Of a DNA stretch of 64,000 nt, positions 48,916-60,056 are shown piece by piece (position 1 is the first letter of the stretch; every line of letters begins with the position of its first letter). This DNA is from a virus. A model generated the notes under the pieces. The model did no database searches and was not told the DNA's origin. It saw only the letters and a list, made by a program, of their open reading frames with translations. The DNA lies in the IMG/VR virus record IMGVR_UViG_3300031555_005249, one strand, 5' to 3'. The translations under genes were made by a program, and so were the position numbers.

Positions 48916-51900
48916 ATGAGTAATAAATATGCTGATAATTTATTTCAAGCTATTGAAAAAATAGCCAATACTAATTCAACTTGGAGAGTTGTTACTGGTG
49001 AAATCGTAAATTGCACTGCATATATTGATGGACAATACGTTTATAAAGTGCGGTATGAAGGAAATATAAGAACCGTTAATACTCCTTTGAGTTTGGCAGA
49101 AGGCGATTTAGTTAGACTAGGAGTAGATAATACTAATACAATAAGCGGAGAGCAATGTTTTATTTTAGAGAAAATTATTTCTAATACATTGACAGAAACT
49201 CAAAAAATATCAAAATCATATACTAGAAAAGGAACTGTGCTTTCTATTGATGAAGAATTTGATTATTCCCCGCAAGAATTAGTATTATATGATATAGAGG
49301 TGCCTGATGATTCGATTATTTCTAAAGAAGAAATAAATAATTTAAATGTTAGTTTAAACGAAGAAGATTTTGACCATATAGTTTTAAGTTTAAATTATAC
49401 TTCGGCAATAGCTTCTACGAAAAATAGAGCATTGGTGGTTACTATAAAAGATGACTCAAAGCCCGCGAAAGAGATTCTAATAACTCTATCATTTTTATAG
49501 ACTTCTTTAATTCAAAAAGAAGTTGCTTAGGTTAGTGAATTTATAAAAACAGAAGGTAGAATCTATACTATTACCAAAGTTGTGTTAAAGGGTCTTGAGG
49601 AAGGAGACAAAGTATCTAATATCAACATTTATTGCGCCAAAAAGAAAGAAACTTCTGATTTGTTTGAGGTTATTATCAAGGCGCGTGATGGGTTAACTTT
49701 TGTCTAGAATGATGTTGATTCAATCTAGGTCAGCGCCTATTTATAGTTTAAAGATGCAGGTTTTAGCTAGGCTTTTGATAATAGTAATGTAACGTATGCA
49801 CTTTATGCATATAATGGTGCAGACACTTGGATTCAAAAAATAGCTCCAGGTACAGAAACTACATTTAGTATTCAACGCGATTGGATTTTTAATCAAACAA
49901 GAAAATTTAAAGTTGTTATTAGATACAATGGAGAGGATTTCGAAAAAGAGTTTACTGTTCGTAATTTAGCGGCGTCAAAGATTGACGTTATTGTTAGCTC
50001 TTCTCAATAGAATAAGGATTATTATCTTGATGATAATGTTATATTAATAGGTAGTCCTGGAGAGGGTTATACTTACTCTTGGTATAAAGCCGATACATTA
50101 GGTGGAGAATGGAGCGAATAGTTTGGTAAGACGGATGCTTCACTTATAGTTCAGAATGCAGATATTGTGGATCAAGATGAGTATTTATTTGTCGTTTATA
50201 AGAATGTTGAATATGTGGGTGAAGCTTCGATATCAGTCTTTAACAAGTAGGCGCTTGAAAAAAGTATGATTTCTTTTAGTATTTAGTATTTATCTTCAAA
50301 AAAAGAGCCTAAAGAAGATACTGACGGTTGGCAAAATGAAATGCCAGAAAAAGAAAATGATAAATATATTTGGCAAAAAATAGAGCGAATTTATATTAAC
50401 GGATTAAAGTTGGTTTCTATTATTAATATAAGTGGCGCAGACGGAACACCTGGCGCGCCGGCGATTTCAATACAATCTAATGTTGAGACTTTAACTTTTA
50501 TTAAGTCAAGCATTGGCAATATAAGTCCTGCCTCAATAGGCTCTATTATAATTACAGTCAATAAAGGCGGGGTTGCAGATACAGTCACAAATTATTTTTG
50601 TAAATGGTATAAAGGTACTGATTCTAATATAATAAATTCTAATTTATCTTCTAATAAGAATATTGAAAATGGTATATTTACTTTGGATATTGAAAATATG
50701 GCTATTGGATAGGTTGTTTATAAAGTTGAGGTTTATCAAGGTGAAACCACCGCTACAGATCCTCCATTGATAGGAACTAAAACTATTACAATAATTTGTA
50801 ATGCAGCTCAAGTTAGTTATACTTTAGTTCCTGATAAGAAATAGATTACTATTACTTCTGAAATGCTAATTGATTCGTCTAAACTTCCAAAAGTGCGTTT
50901 AGACGTTTATAAAAATGAAGCCGGAATATCAACTCCTATTTTAATACAAGATATCAATAACTCAAAGATAGCGCCTAGTATCGAAATAAATGGTAGTAGA
51001 ACAATAACATCATTAGTCGAGGGTGAAACAGACTAGACTAAAATACGTTATTTTCAATACTCTATTACAGAAAATGATTTGAAAACTGCCGAAAATATAA
51101 TCTTTACTTTAAAAGTAGCTGACCAATTAAATACAACTGCTAAAGAATGGGATACCGAAACTTTAAGTTTTATTATTACAGTTGATAAAATAGAGCCATA
51201 GTACGCAGGAACTTTAACTTCAGCTTAGCCGGATATAGAATCAGATGCTATTGAGAACAGTGAGACAGAAAAGAGTTTAGTTCCAGGTGGTTGGTCTACA
51301 TCTCTTGATAAAGTCGTTCAACTTTCAGGTATTTTATATATTTGGTATCGAGAAAAAATATATTTTAGTAATGGAACATATGATTTTACCGATCCAAGAG
51401 TTGATAGTTCTGAAATGGCTTTAAGAGACTGGGCAGTAAGTGAAAATAAAACTTTAATTGATGGTTCAAAAATTTATACTGGATCCATTAGCGCTGATAA
51501 AATAAATGTTGATAATCTTAATGCGCTTGCCGCCGAAATTGGCGGTTGGAGTATAAATGACTATGGCATTTACAAAGACGATGGAGATAGTAAATCAGCA
51601 ATGGTTTCTACCTCTGGAGAATAGCGTTTTGCTTCTGGAGGTACTATAGCTTGGGAAAATATTATAAGTGGAATAGAGTGGGATAGCGATAGGGAAAATG
51701 TTATTATTACAACAGACGATACTCATAAATTTAAATTTTCTTTTAGATTTAAAGGTAGACCATATTCAATGCCTTATGAAGGTAAAATTGGAGAATAGGT
51801 GTTTTCTTATACTAATTTTCAAACTTGGTTATCTAACGTGTTTAATCCATAGTTAACACTATATTATAAATAGATTAATATTAATAATGGTGAACAAGAA

Positions 51901-53880
51901 GCTTCTTGGTAGTTATTAAATAAAAATGTATATAGCTTTGAATGGAAAGAGCCAAAACAAAATAAAATTGAATGCACTGGTTAGATAAATAATACAGCTG
52001 GTTTAAGCGGCGGTCTGATTTTAAAAGTAGTAGTCATATATAAGAATTATGATTTCTCTGGAATGACAAAGCCTACGTATGAAGTAACAGCAGATGGTAG
52101 TATGTCAGCAAAGTTAGGCTATATTGGTGGTTGGAAAATTGATGAAAATAGTATTAGTGTTGAGAATGAGAGTTTCTCCCTTATATCAGACGATAGTAGT
52201 ATGGGAATATCACTTTTAGGTGGAGGAAACTCACCGCACCGTATAGTTGTAGGCGGAAGCGGTGGAGGTGGCAGCGGTGATGGTGATAATAGCGGTGGCG
52301 ATGATAATGGTGGTAGTGGAGATTCTACTACTATAACAGTTTTAGTTTCGAAAGAGAAAAGCATAACTCTGTCAGCTTAGAAGACTGAAGCAAAACAATT
52401 TTTACATGAAGGTGTAGATAGTACGTTTATATTAAACTCAATAGAAGGAGAAGGGGGTTCTTATATTACTTCTATTGAATATAATCCTGATACTAAGTAG
52501 ATTACTGTCTATTATAGTAATCCAACCTCTTCAGATGCTTAGATAACTATTGGATATACTGTTCATACTTATTAGACTATACCAAATACAACTACGAGTA
52601 GTGCTAATTTAACTGCAAGTAGTAGTACTAGCTCAAGCAACTATACTTTTTAGTTATTAGCAGACGGTAGCCTGTATGCGAGCGCCGTAGATATTAAAGG
52701 TACTATTACTACAGAAAATGGATATATTGGTGGTTGGAATATCGGTCCAAATGGATTATACAGTCCCAAATTAGCATCTGGCTCAATATTTAGTTTAAAT
52801 AGTACTGGCATTGGTAGTTATGATTATCCTTTATTATAGTTACTTAGCTCTTTTAATATTCCTTCAGATATTAAAGATAGCATAAAATTAGAAGATTTGG
52901 GAGTACTTATAGAAAAGGAAGAATATATGTTAAAAGCATCAGCAAGATTTTCGTTCAATGGTCTTTCGGTAGACGAGTTTAATGCGCAGTATGGTTACAA
53001 TTTTACAGTTAGTATACGTAATGAAGGAGATTTTTAGTATATAACATTTACATATGGAGCGGAACTAAATGTTAAAACAGTAAAAATTGACATATTTGTT
53101 GATAATGTTTTTTCTACTTATTCTTTTGCCGTACTTCCTCGACATTTATATTATTCTACTGGAAATTTATCTGGTGACATCTACTATGGTGACTGGATTA
53201 TATTCGATGGCTTATATTTTCAAAACGGTTCTGACAATGGCGCGACTCCCTTTGGTACAAGTTTAAAATATATTGAAAGTGGTTATCCAACCATATTTTC
53301 TACAGCTACTGCTTTAAAAGAAGATCCTAACAGTGGAAATATAATAATATAGCCAGGGGAATATTTTACAGTTATTCTTAATCAAACAGTTTATTCTTCA
53401 TGGTCATGGACGCTTATTAAAAGGAAAGCTGATGAAAAGACAGTTTTTTTACTTACAGGTTCAAATGGCGATCCTCTTGCCTTTTTAGACTATAATGGTA
53501 ATTTATTTGCTCAAACTGTAAATTCAACAGGTAGTGACTAGAGAATAAAAAATTCGATTCAAGCTATTCCTTTTTAGTACGAAGAAGCTTATGATAATTT
53601 TGAACCTGTTATTTATAAATATAATGATGGAACCTCAGACAGATATCATACTGGTTTTATTGCACAACCAATGGCACAGGCGATCGAAGATGCAGGCTTA
53701 ACATTGCAAGATTTTGCTGCAGTATGCAAGCCAGCCTATGACGGTGGTACTTGGGGTATTCGTTATGGAGAAATTGTTTCGCTGAATACATGGCAAATTC
53801 AAAAAGCTAAAAAACGTATCACGGCACTTGAACAAGAAGTTTAGAATTTAAAAGATATAATTACTTCATTGGTTAAATAA
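48916..53880 (+). CDS. tail fibre / receptor-binding protein with C-terminal S74-type intramolecular chaperone domain, TAG-recoded; may comprise more than one gene
   Basis: ORF-track pieces 48916..49500, 50341..50712, 51415..51624 and 52063..52380 are all in frame 1. The interval I translated (49501-50340) contains only TAG. C-terminus ...YHTGFIAQPMAQAIEDAGLTLQDFAAVCKPAYDGGTWGIRYGEIVSLNTWQIQKAKKRITALEQEV matches the auto-cleaving chaperone (peptidase S74) of tail fibres. Gly-rich linker GGSGGGGSGDGDNSGGDDNGGSGD. TAA at 53878. Confidence 0.55.
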
Positions 53881-53914
53881 CCAATGAAGTAATTATCTGA
53901 AAGGAGAATTAATA

Positions 53915-54202
53915 ATGGCTTTACAAAAACCAATAATTTAGCAGAATGGAGTAGTAACGCACTATCATCGTATTAGTAATTTGCATTTAAGCTCATAGGA
54001 AGAAAAACAGCATATTTTTTCTGTAGTTGTTGATTCCTATCTCTCAGAAGAGTCGCGTCGAGCAGATATTCATGATATATATGCAAGTGCTAGTTTTATT
54101 ATTTAGGCTGAATGGTATGAAGTTGACCATTATGGCGCCTTAATTCTCATTTATCAAAAGTTAAAAGAACTTAAATTCTTTGAAGGCGCTACAGATTGCT
54201 GA
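53915..54202 (+). CDS. small hypothetical protein, 3 TAG
   Basis: RBS AAAGGAGAA. MALQKPII[TAG]QNGVVTHYHRISNLHLSS[TAG]EEKQHIFSVVVDSYLSEESRRADIHDIYASASFII[TAG]AEWYEVDHYGALILIYQKLKELKFFEGATDC then TGA. Confidence 0.35.
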
Positions 54203-54317
54203 TTAAAATTCTTATCAAAATGATTTAATCGAATTATTTTAGTTTTTATATATTTATAGACAAAGAGAGAAATAATTTATTTCTCTCTTTGAATTTTAAG
54301 ATAGGAGGTTATTGAAT

Positions 54318-54650
54318 ATGGTTATTCAACAAAATTGTAATTTTATTGAAAATGCCAGTGCTCCTATTGTATCAAAAACATTTTCTAATGCGGCAAGCGA
54401 CACCTTAACGCTGCAAATAAGTGGCGCTAATGGTAAGTATTATCTTGAAGGACGCAATAATTCTATGGGTGACTGGTTTGCGCTCGCAGGTATTAGCTTA
54501 AGTGACTTCTCTGCCCACCGAGGAGTGTTTACAAAAGCTGGTATCTATGAGATTGGCGTAGTCGGTATTCGTGAAGTACGCGTACGAATAGAATCAGTAG
54601 AAGGAAATGTTTCTATTTTTGGACAAATGATAAGCACGGAGGAGACGTAA
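54318..54650 (+). CDS. hypothetical structural protein
   Basis: ATG 54318 with RBS TAGGAGG (the ORF track starts at the alternative TTG 54312). No TAG. Confidence 0.5.
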   Translation: MVIQQNCNFIENASAPIVSKTFSNAASDTLTLQISGANGKYYLEGRNNSMGDWFALAGISLSDFSAHRGVFTKAGIYEIGVVGIREVRVRIESVEGNVSIFGQMISTEET

Positions 54651-54651
54651 G

Positions 54652-55539
54652 ATGGCGATAGATATTATTGCAAGAGGTCTTGCGACTTCGCTTATTGGTT
54701 CAGATGGACGAATTTCTTCAGATAAACTACCTGTGATGGGCGCAGTCCCAGAAGGCGCGACATTTTATCCAGTTGGCGCCATTACGGACCCTAAGCAGCT
54801 TGAAGGCAAAACATCTGAAGAGATTCTTTTAATGATGCTTTACGGCGTAGTAAGTCCCACCCTTACGAATCCTAGTTTAGCAGTTGAAGTTACCTCAGGA
54901 TTAACAGCTGTTGCTGGAAAACCCGTTACTATTAATGGAACTCTAGTTTTTGATCGAGGCGCAATATCGCCTGCCTATGGTACCTCAGGGTATCGCGCGG
55001 GCGCCCCATTATCATATACAATAAATGATATTGAAGTCCCTTCTGCTACTTTCACCATTGATTTAATACCTATTGCAGGTGAAAATATAATAAACTGCAC
55101 TGTTTATTATGCAGAAGGAGAACAGCCATTAAACAGTATTGGATAGCCTTTTGATTTACCTTTATCTGCAGGTTATTTAACGACAAGCTTTACTATTGTC
55201 GGTACCCATCAAATATATACTGCTGATGGTAAAGAGTTAGATTTTACTTGGTTTGAAGATGAAAATGGCGCCGGATACGAAGTTGAATTATTAATAGAAA
55301 CAGGAAATACAAAGCAATCTTTTGCAGTTAATGCTAATTTAAAAGTTATTGGTATTAAACAATTTGAGACAATGACTCAAACATGGCAATGGATTGGAGG
55401 TAGTCCTGAAGCATCATTAGCTACTTTTGATACATCTTTAATTGAAGGAGACTCCTTAGATTAGTCTGATGACTATATGGTATATACTCATAATGGTTCT
55501 AAGACTGGTAATAGAGAATTGCGTATTTACGTAGAGTGA
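54652..55539 (+). CDS. hypothetical structural protein, 2 TAG
   Basis: ORF 54652..55146 continues in frame across TAG codons to a TGA at 55537. Confidence 0.45.
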
Positions 55540-55557
55540 AAGGGGTATAGATAAGAT

Positions 55558-56424
55558 ATGGCAAGAGAAAAAGGTACATTTCTAGTCTCAGCTAATTATG
55601 AGCCGCAAAAAGCTGCCCCATTCGATGCGCGGGCTTTGGTTGAAACTAAAGCAGATTTATTTGCGGCAAATACATGGGCTATAAATAACGAATTGTGGAT
55701 TTATAAAGGTATGATAGTTGCAGTTGCAACTGACATTGAGCCTAAAAACAATGGTATTTATATGCTCTTAGACGATGTAAATTATTTTAATGAAGATGCT
55801 TGGCTTAAAATGTCTGACTCAACCATGGACGGCGAGTCTGCTGGTGAGGTTCTAGGTCAATTAAATTCTTATAAAGAGACTAACGATGCGGTAGTTGCTG
55901 CTATCAATGGTAAGATTGGAACTCCTGGTGAGGGACAAAATGATGAAGGCGATACGCTTTATAGCTTAATTGCAGAAGCGCAAACTCAGGCTAATAAAGG
56001 TGTTGCCGATGCGAAGACAGCGAATGACGCAATTGCAGCGTTAACCAATGGCGCAATTGCTACTAATACATCTGACATTAGCGCAATTAAAGGTAGACTT
56101 ACTACTCTTGAGACAGAAGTTCTTCCTATTATCAATAAGCATAGTGATATTCTTGCAGGCATTGGCGGCGATGGTGAAAAAGCAACAGTTAAGGCATATG
56201 TTGATGATGCTATTGCAGCAATTCCTACTTATGAACTTCCTGCAGCTACTGCTGAAACTCTTGGTGGAGTTAAGTCTGCGGCTGATGTTGACGGGAAAGC
56301 AGTTACAAATGCAGTTTATGTTGATGCAACTAGCAATGTTGGTAGTGTAAAAACTATAAGCACAGATATATTAGTCCAAGGGGTCGAAGAGCTTATTCTT
56401 AATGGCGGTAGCGCCAAGGCTTAA
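55558..56424 (+). CDS. fibre-like structural protein (Ala-rich coiled segments)
   Basis: 288 codons, no TAG, TAA stop. RBS AAGGGGTATAGATAAGATATG. Confidence 0.5.
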   Translation: MAREKGTFLVSANYEPQKAAPFDARALVETKADLFAANTWAINNELWIYKGMIVAVATDIEPKNNGIYMLLDDVNYFNEDAWLKMSDSTMDGESAGEVLGQLNSYKETNDAVVAAINGKIGTPGEGQNDEGDTLYSLIAEAQTQANKGVADAKTANDAIAALTNGAIATNTSDISAIKGRLTTLETEVLPIINKHSDILAGIGGDGEKATVKAYVDDAIAAIPTYELPAATAETLGGVKSAADVDGKAVTNAVYVDATSNVGSVKTISTDILVQGVEELILNGGSAKA

Positions 56425-56518
56425 TTATAAGCCACTTAATATATAAAATATAAGACGCCTTAGGGTGACCTTTGGCGCCGATTAAATAAATTCATAATTT
56501 AAAGGAGATTTTAAAATT

Positions 56519-58033
56519 ATGGCGAAACAAATTAATACTCGTATCATGCTTAAGCATGATAGCTTAACTAATTGGAATGAATCCTCTATAGTTCTTAAGC
56601 CAGGTGAAGTTGGTATAGCATATGTAGATGTTACAACCACTGATGCCAAGGGCAATATTATTCATGTTCCTACTGCTCTTTTAAAAGTAGGTGAAAATGT
56701 AGAGAATTCTACCAAAACTTTTAAAGAGCTTCCCTTTATGTCTGCTATTGCAGCTGATGTTTATGCATGGGCAAAGAAGAGCGGAATTGAAGTAGTAGAC
56801 GAAGGAGAGGGAGAGGTTCTTTCTGATGTAACTTGGGAGAATGACAAACTCGTTCTTCATAGATTAGATGTTGTAACTCCAGCAGAACTTACAACGGCTC
56901 TTGGAAGTTACTATACAAAAGATGAAATTGATGGCAAGATTGAGGAAATCAGTCAGTCTATTTCGGACCTTGACGTATCTGCTCTTGAAGGTAGAGTTGA
57001 TGCAGTAGAGACTGCTGTCGAAACAACACTCCCTGGTCAAATCAGCGCAGTAGATGCAAAATTTGCAAGCTATACAACAACAGCTGCGCAACAAGCAATT
57101 GATGCGGAACAGGATCGTAGACTTGGCGTTATCGAGGGTGATTATGTAAAATCTGCTGATATTGCCAACTTTGAAACAAAAGAGAATGTTCAGAAGGTTG
57201 CAAACGATCTTGCAGGATATCAAACTTCTAATGACGCAGCTCTTGCAGCAGTAAAAGCAACAGCTGATGCGGCTGCAGTTAAGACTGAGGTTGAGACAGC
57301 TCTTGCTGATAGATATACTAAAACCGAGGCAGATGCTGCTTTTGATGCAAAAGGCAGTGCTGATCAAGCATTAACCGATGCTAAGGACTATACTGATACC
57401 CAAATTCAAGCTATCATGGGTGGAGAAGTCGATGAAGCTTATAACTCTTTCTTAGAGATTCAGAATTTCTTAAAGGCTGATGAAACTGCTACTGCTCAGC
57501 TTGTTGAAAAGGTAAATGCGAATGAGGCGGCCGCAGCTGCAGCTCAGGCAAAGGCTGATGCTGCACTTCCTACAGCTACCGCGGAGGCAGATTACTTAAA
57601 GAAAACAGATGCATCTACCATTTACGAGCCTATTGGTGCACAAGCTGCTGCAGAGGCTACTGCTAAAGGTTATACCGATACAGAGATTGCAAAGCTTAGC
57701 AATGTTTATGATGCTAAGGGTGCTGCTGCTGATGCACAGGCGGCTGCTATCGCAGATGCTGCGGGCAAGTATGAGACAAAAGGTACTGCTCAAGGTATTG
57801 TTGACGCTTTAAACCTTGCTCAAACTTATGAGCCTATTGGCGCAGAAGGTAGAGCTATTGCTGCGGCAAAGACTGAAACTGAGAACCAGATTGCAGCTCT
57901 TGGTATTGAAGATTATGCAAAGAGCGCAGATGTGGCTACTACATATCGCGCAAAGGCAGATAAGATTACTTCTGATGATCTCTCTGACGAAGTTTTCATC
58001 TTTAATTGCGGAACAGCATCTACTGTTATATAA
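56519..58033 (+). CDS. tail/head fibre protein with conserved N-terminal fibre domain (IMLKHDSLTNWNESSIVLKPGEVGIAYVD...) and long Ala-rich coiled coil
   Basis: 504 codons, no TAG, RBS AAAGGAG. A terminator follows. Confidence 0.55.
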   Translation: MAKQINTRIMLKHDSLTNWNESSIVLKPGEVGIAYVDVTTTDAKGNIIHVPTALLKVGENVENSTKTFKELPFMSAIAADVYAWAKKSGIEVVDEGEGEVLSDVTWENDKLVLHRLDVVTPAELTTALGSYYTKDEIDGKIEEISQSISDLDVSALEGRVDAVETAVETTLPGQISAVDAKFASYTTTAAQQAIDAEQDRRLGVIEGDYVKSADIANFETKENVQKVANDLAGYQTSNDAALAAVKATADAAAVKTEVETALADRYTKTEADAAFDAKGSADQALTDAKDYTDTQIQAIMGGEVDEAYNSFLEIQNFLKADETATAQLVEKVNANEAAAAAAQAKADAALPTATAEADYLKKTDASTIYEPIGAQAAAEATAKGYTDTEIAKLSNVYDAKGAAADAQAAAIADAAGKYETKGTAQGIVDALNLAQTYEPIGAEGRAIAAAKTETENQIAALGIEDYAKSADVATTYRAKADKITSDDLSDEVFIFNCGTASTVI

Positions 58034-58053
58034 TAAATTAAACAGATATTTGA

Positions 58054-58090
58054 AAGGCGCTAATAGTTAGCGCCTTTCTTTTTTTGGTCA
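58054..58090 (+). terminator. rho-independent terminator
   Basis: AAAGGCGCTAA-tagt-TAGCGCCTTT followed by CTTTTTTTGG. Confidence 0.55.
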
Positions 58091-58161
58091 TTTTAAGTTA
58101 ATCTCATTTAATGAATTTTAATATATAATTAGAGAATTACTGGGAAAGGAGGAATTCCTAC

Positions 58162-58668
58162 ATGGCTGAATTAATTGGAACATTTGGTGCTGGTACTGTA
58201 ATTATTATTTTATTAATTGCGATTCCAGCCATTGTTAATTTTATCTCTTGGTGTAAAAAAATATGGTCTACAAGAGAGAAGTTTAAAGAAGAAAATATCC
58301 AAAAAGGTAAAAAGATAGAAGCGGAAACTGAGCAAAAAGAGGCGCGTCTCGTGAAGCATGAAGACAGAATTAAGTTATTAGAAGATAACTTAATTGAAAT
58401 GAAAAAAATTAATGAAGCGCAAAGTAAAGAGTTAACTCGTTTGCGTAAATCTGATAGATTAGCAATCAAAACATGGATAAAAGAATAGCATGAAAAGTGG
58501 ATTAGATTAGGATGTATTGATAACTACACTTTAGATTTACTTGAAGAAAGATATGCTATTTATAAAGAAGAAGGCGGCAACAGTTGGGCTAAGAAGCTTA
58601 TGGACGAGCTTCGCGCCCTTCCCACAGTAACCGTAGTTGCTATATCAGATATTCATGAATAGGAATAA
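58162..58668 (+). CDS. membrane-anchored coiled-coil protein (holin-like candidate), 2 TAG
   Basis: N-terminal TM helix (GAGTVIIILLIAIPAIVNFISW) followed by a charged coiled coil. ORF 58162..58488 continues across a TAG to a TAA at 58666. RBS GAAAGGAGG. Confidence 0.4.
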
Positions 58669-58698
58669 GATATATGGAGATAAAAGGAGAAAAAGATT

Positions 58699-60054
58699 AT
58701 GGCAACACAAACACTTTATCCACCTATTATTGATACTGCAAAAGGAACAGTTTTCACTAATTAGGGTATAACTGTTTATTTTAATTTAATAAACAAAATA
58801 ATCTCTAACAAAGATAAAATTTTAATAAAACAAGAAGACATTGAAACTGGCAACATAGATTGGCAACTTTTAACCAGTTCTAATAATAGTATTAAAGCTA
58901 ATTATATAGATGGTTTTAAAGATATACTTATTTATCTATATTTAATAGACACTTCTGTTTCTACTACTCCTGTAGAAGGATGGAAGGATTGGTTAAAAAA
59001 TACTAATAATAAATCTTTACACTCAGAAGCGAGTACTGGAGTGAGATTTAATTATTTGACTCAAATTCCTAGTTTAGATATAAGTTGGACGAATATTGGT
59101 CGTAATAATACAATATCTATAACAGGACAAGATAGTTTATCTGAGGAAGATTTTATTACTTATTTTGCATTTACTTGTGCGGGAAAAACTTAGGAATTTT
59201 ATTCTTCTCTACCTACAGATTTTAAGTTTATTTTATCATATAATTTAGTTGGAACCGCTATTAATTATCAATATACTTATAAAACTTTTAAAGGATATGT
59301 ATATTCTGGATCTGGCTTAAGAGAATGGACGGCATCAAACGAATCTTTGGCGCCCATTACTTATTCTTTTGAAAAAGAATATAGTATTAAAATATCTAAT
59401 CCTAATGGTTATGAGATATATAAGAAAATAGACGAACAAGAACACAGTTTAGGCACTGATACTGATATAACCGATTATCTTTTAGAAGGTTCTCATGATG
59501 TTTATTACTATAATAACCCTGATGCCTCTGTTATAAATGAACCTCATATCGTGATAAATAAAGTCTTTGATGATATGTTTTTATTGTCTAAAAATAAAAC
59601 ATTACGTATTAGATTTAATCCAGATATATCTAGCTATAAACGCAACGTAGCAGATGTAATCACTGCCACATTAGGGGGCGCCTATCCATTTGTAAGACGC
59701 AACGGCGCACAAAAATATCGCACTTTTACTATTAATGGTATGATTTCCTACGAAGGCGAAGATTTAACTGATGATAGATCTTTACTTAATGAAATTACAT
59801 TATTATCCGATGATTCATATGATAATCATGTAATTAATGAACGTAAATATCGCGATAAGGTTTTAGACTTTCTTTATACACCAGATATTAAATTGTTTAA
59901 ATCAACTCAAGAGGGTAATATTTTTGTTTATTTATCTAACATTTCATTGACCCCTGAGAAGACGCTTTGGCGCTCAATTTACTCCTTTTCTTGCACTGCG
60001 ACAGAAGTTGCTCCTTAGTATGACATGTTTAAGTTGGAGTCAATAGGAGGTTGA
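58699..60054 (+). CDS. siphovirus tail component (Dit / Sipho_tail-like), 3 TAG
   Basis: ATG 58699 (RBS AAAAGGAGAAAAAG) is in frame with ORF-track ORF 59347..60018. Only TAG interrupts the frame, and the TGA stop is at 60052. Confidence 0.5.
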
Positions 60055-60056
60055 TT

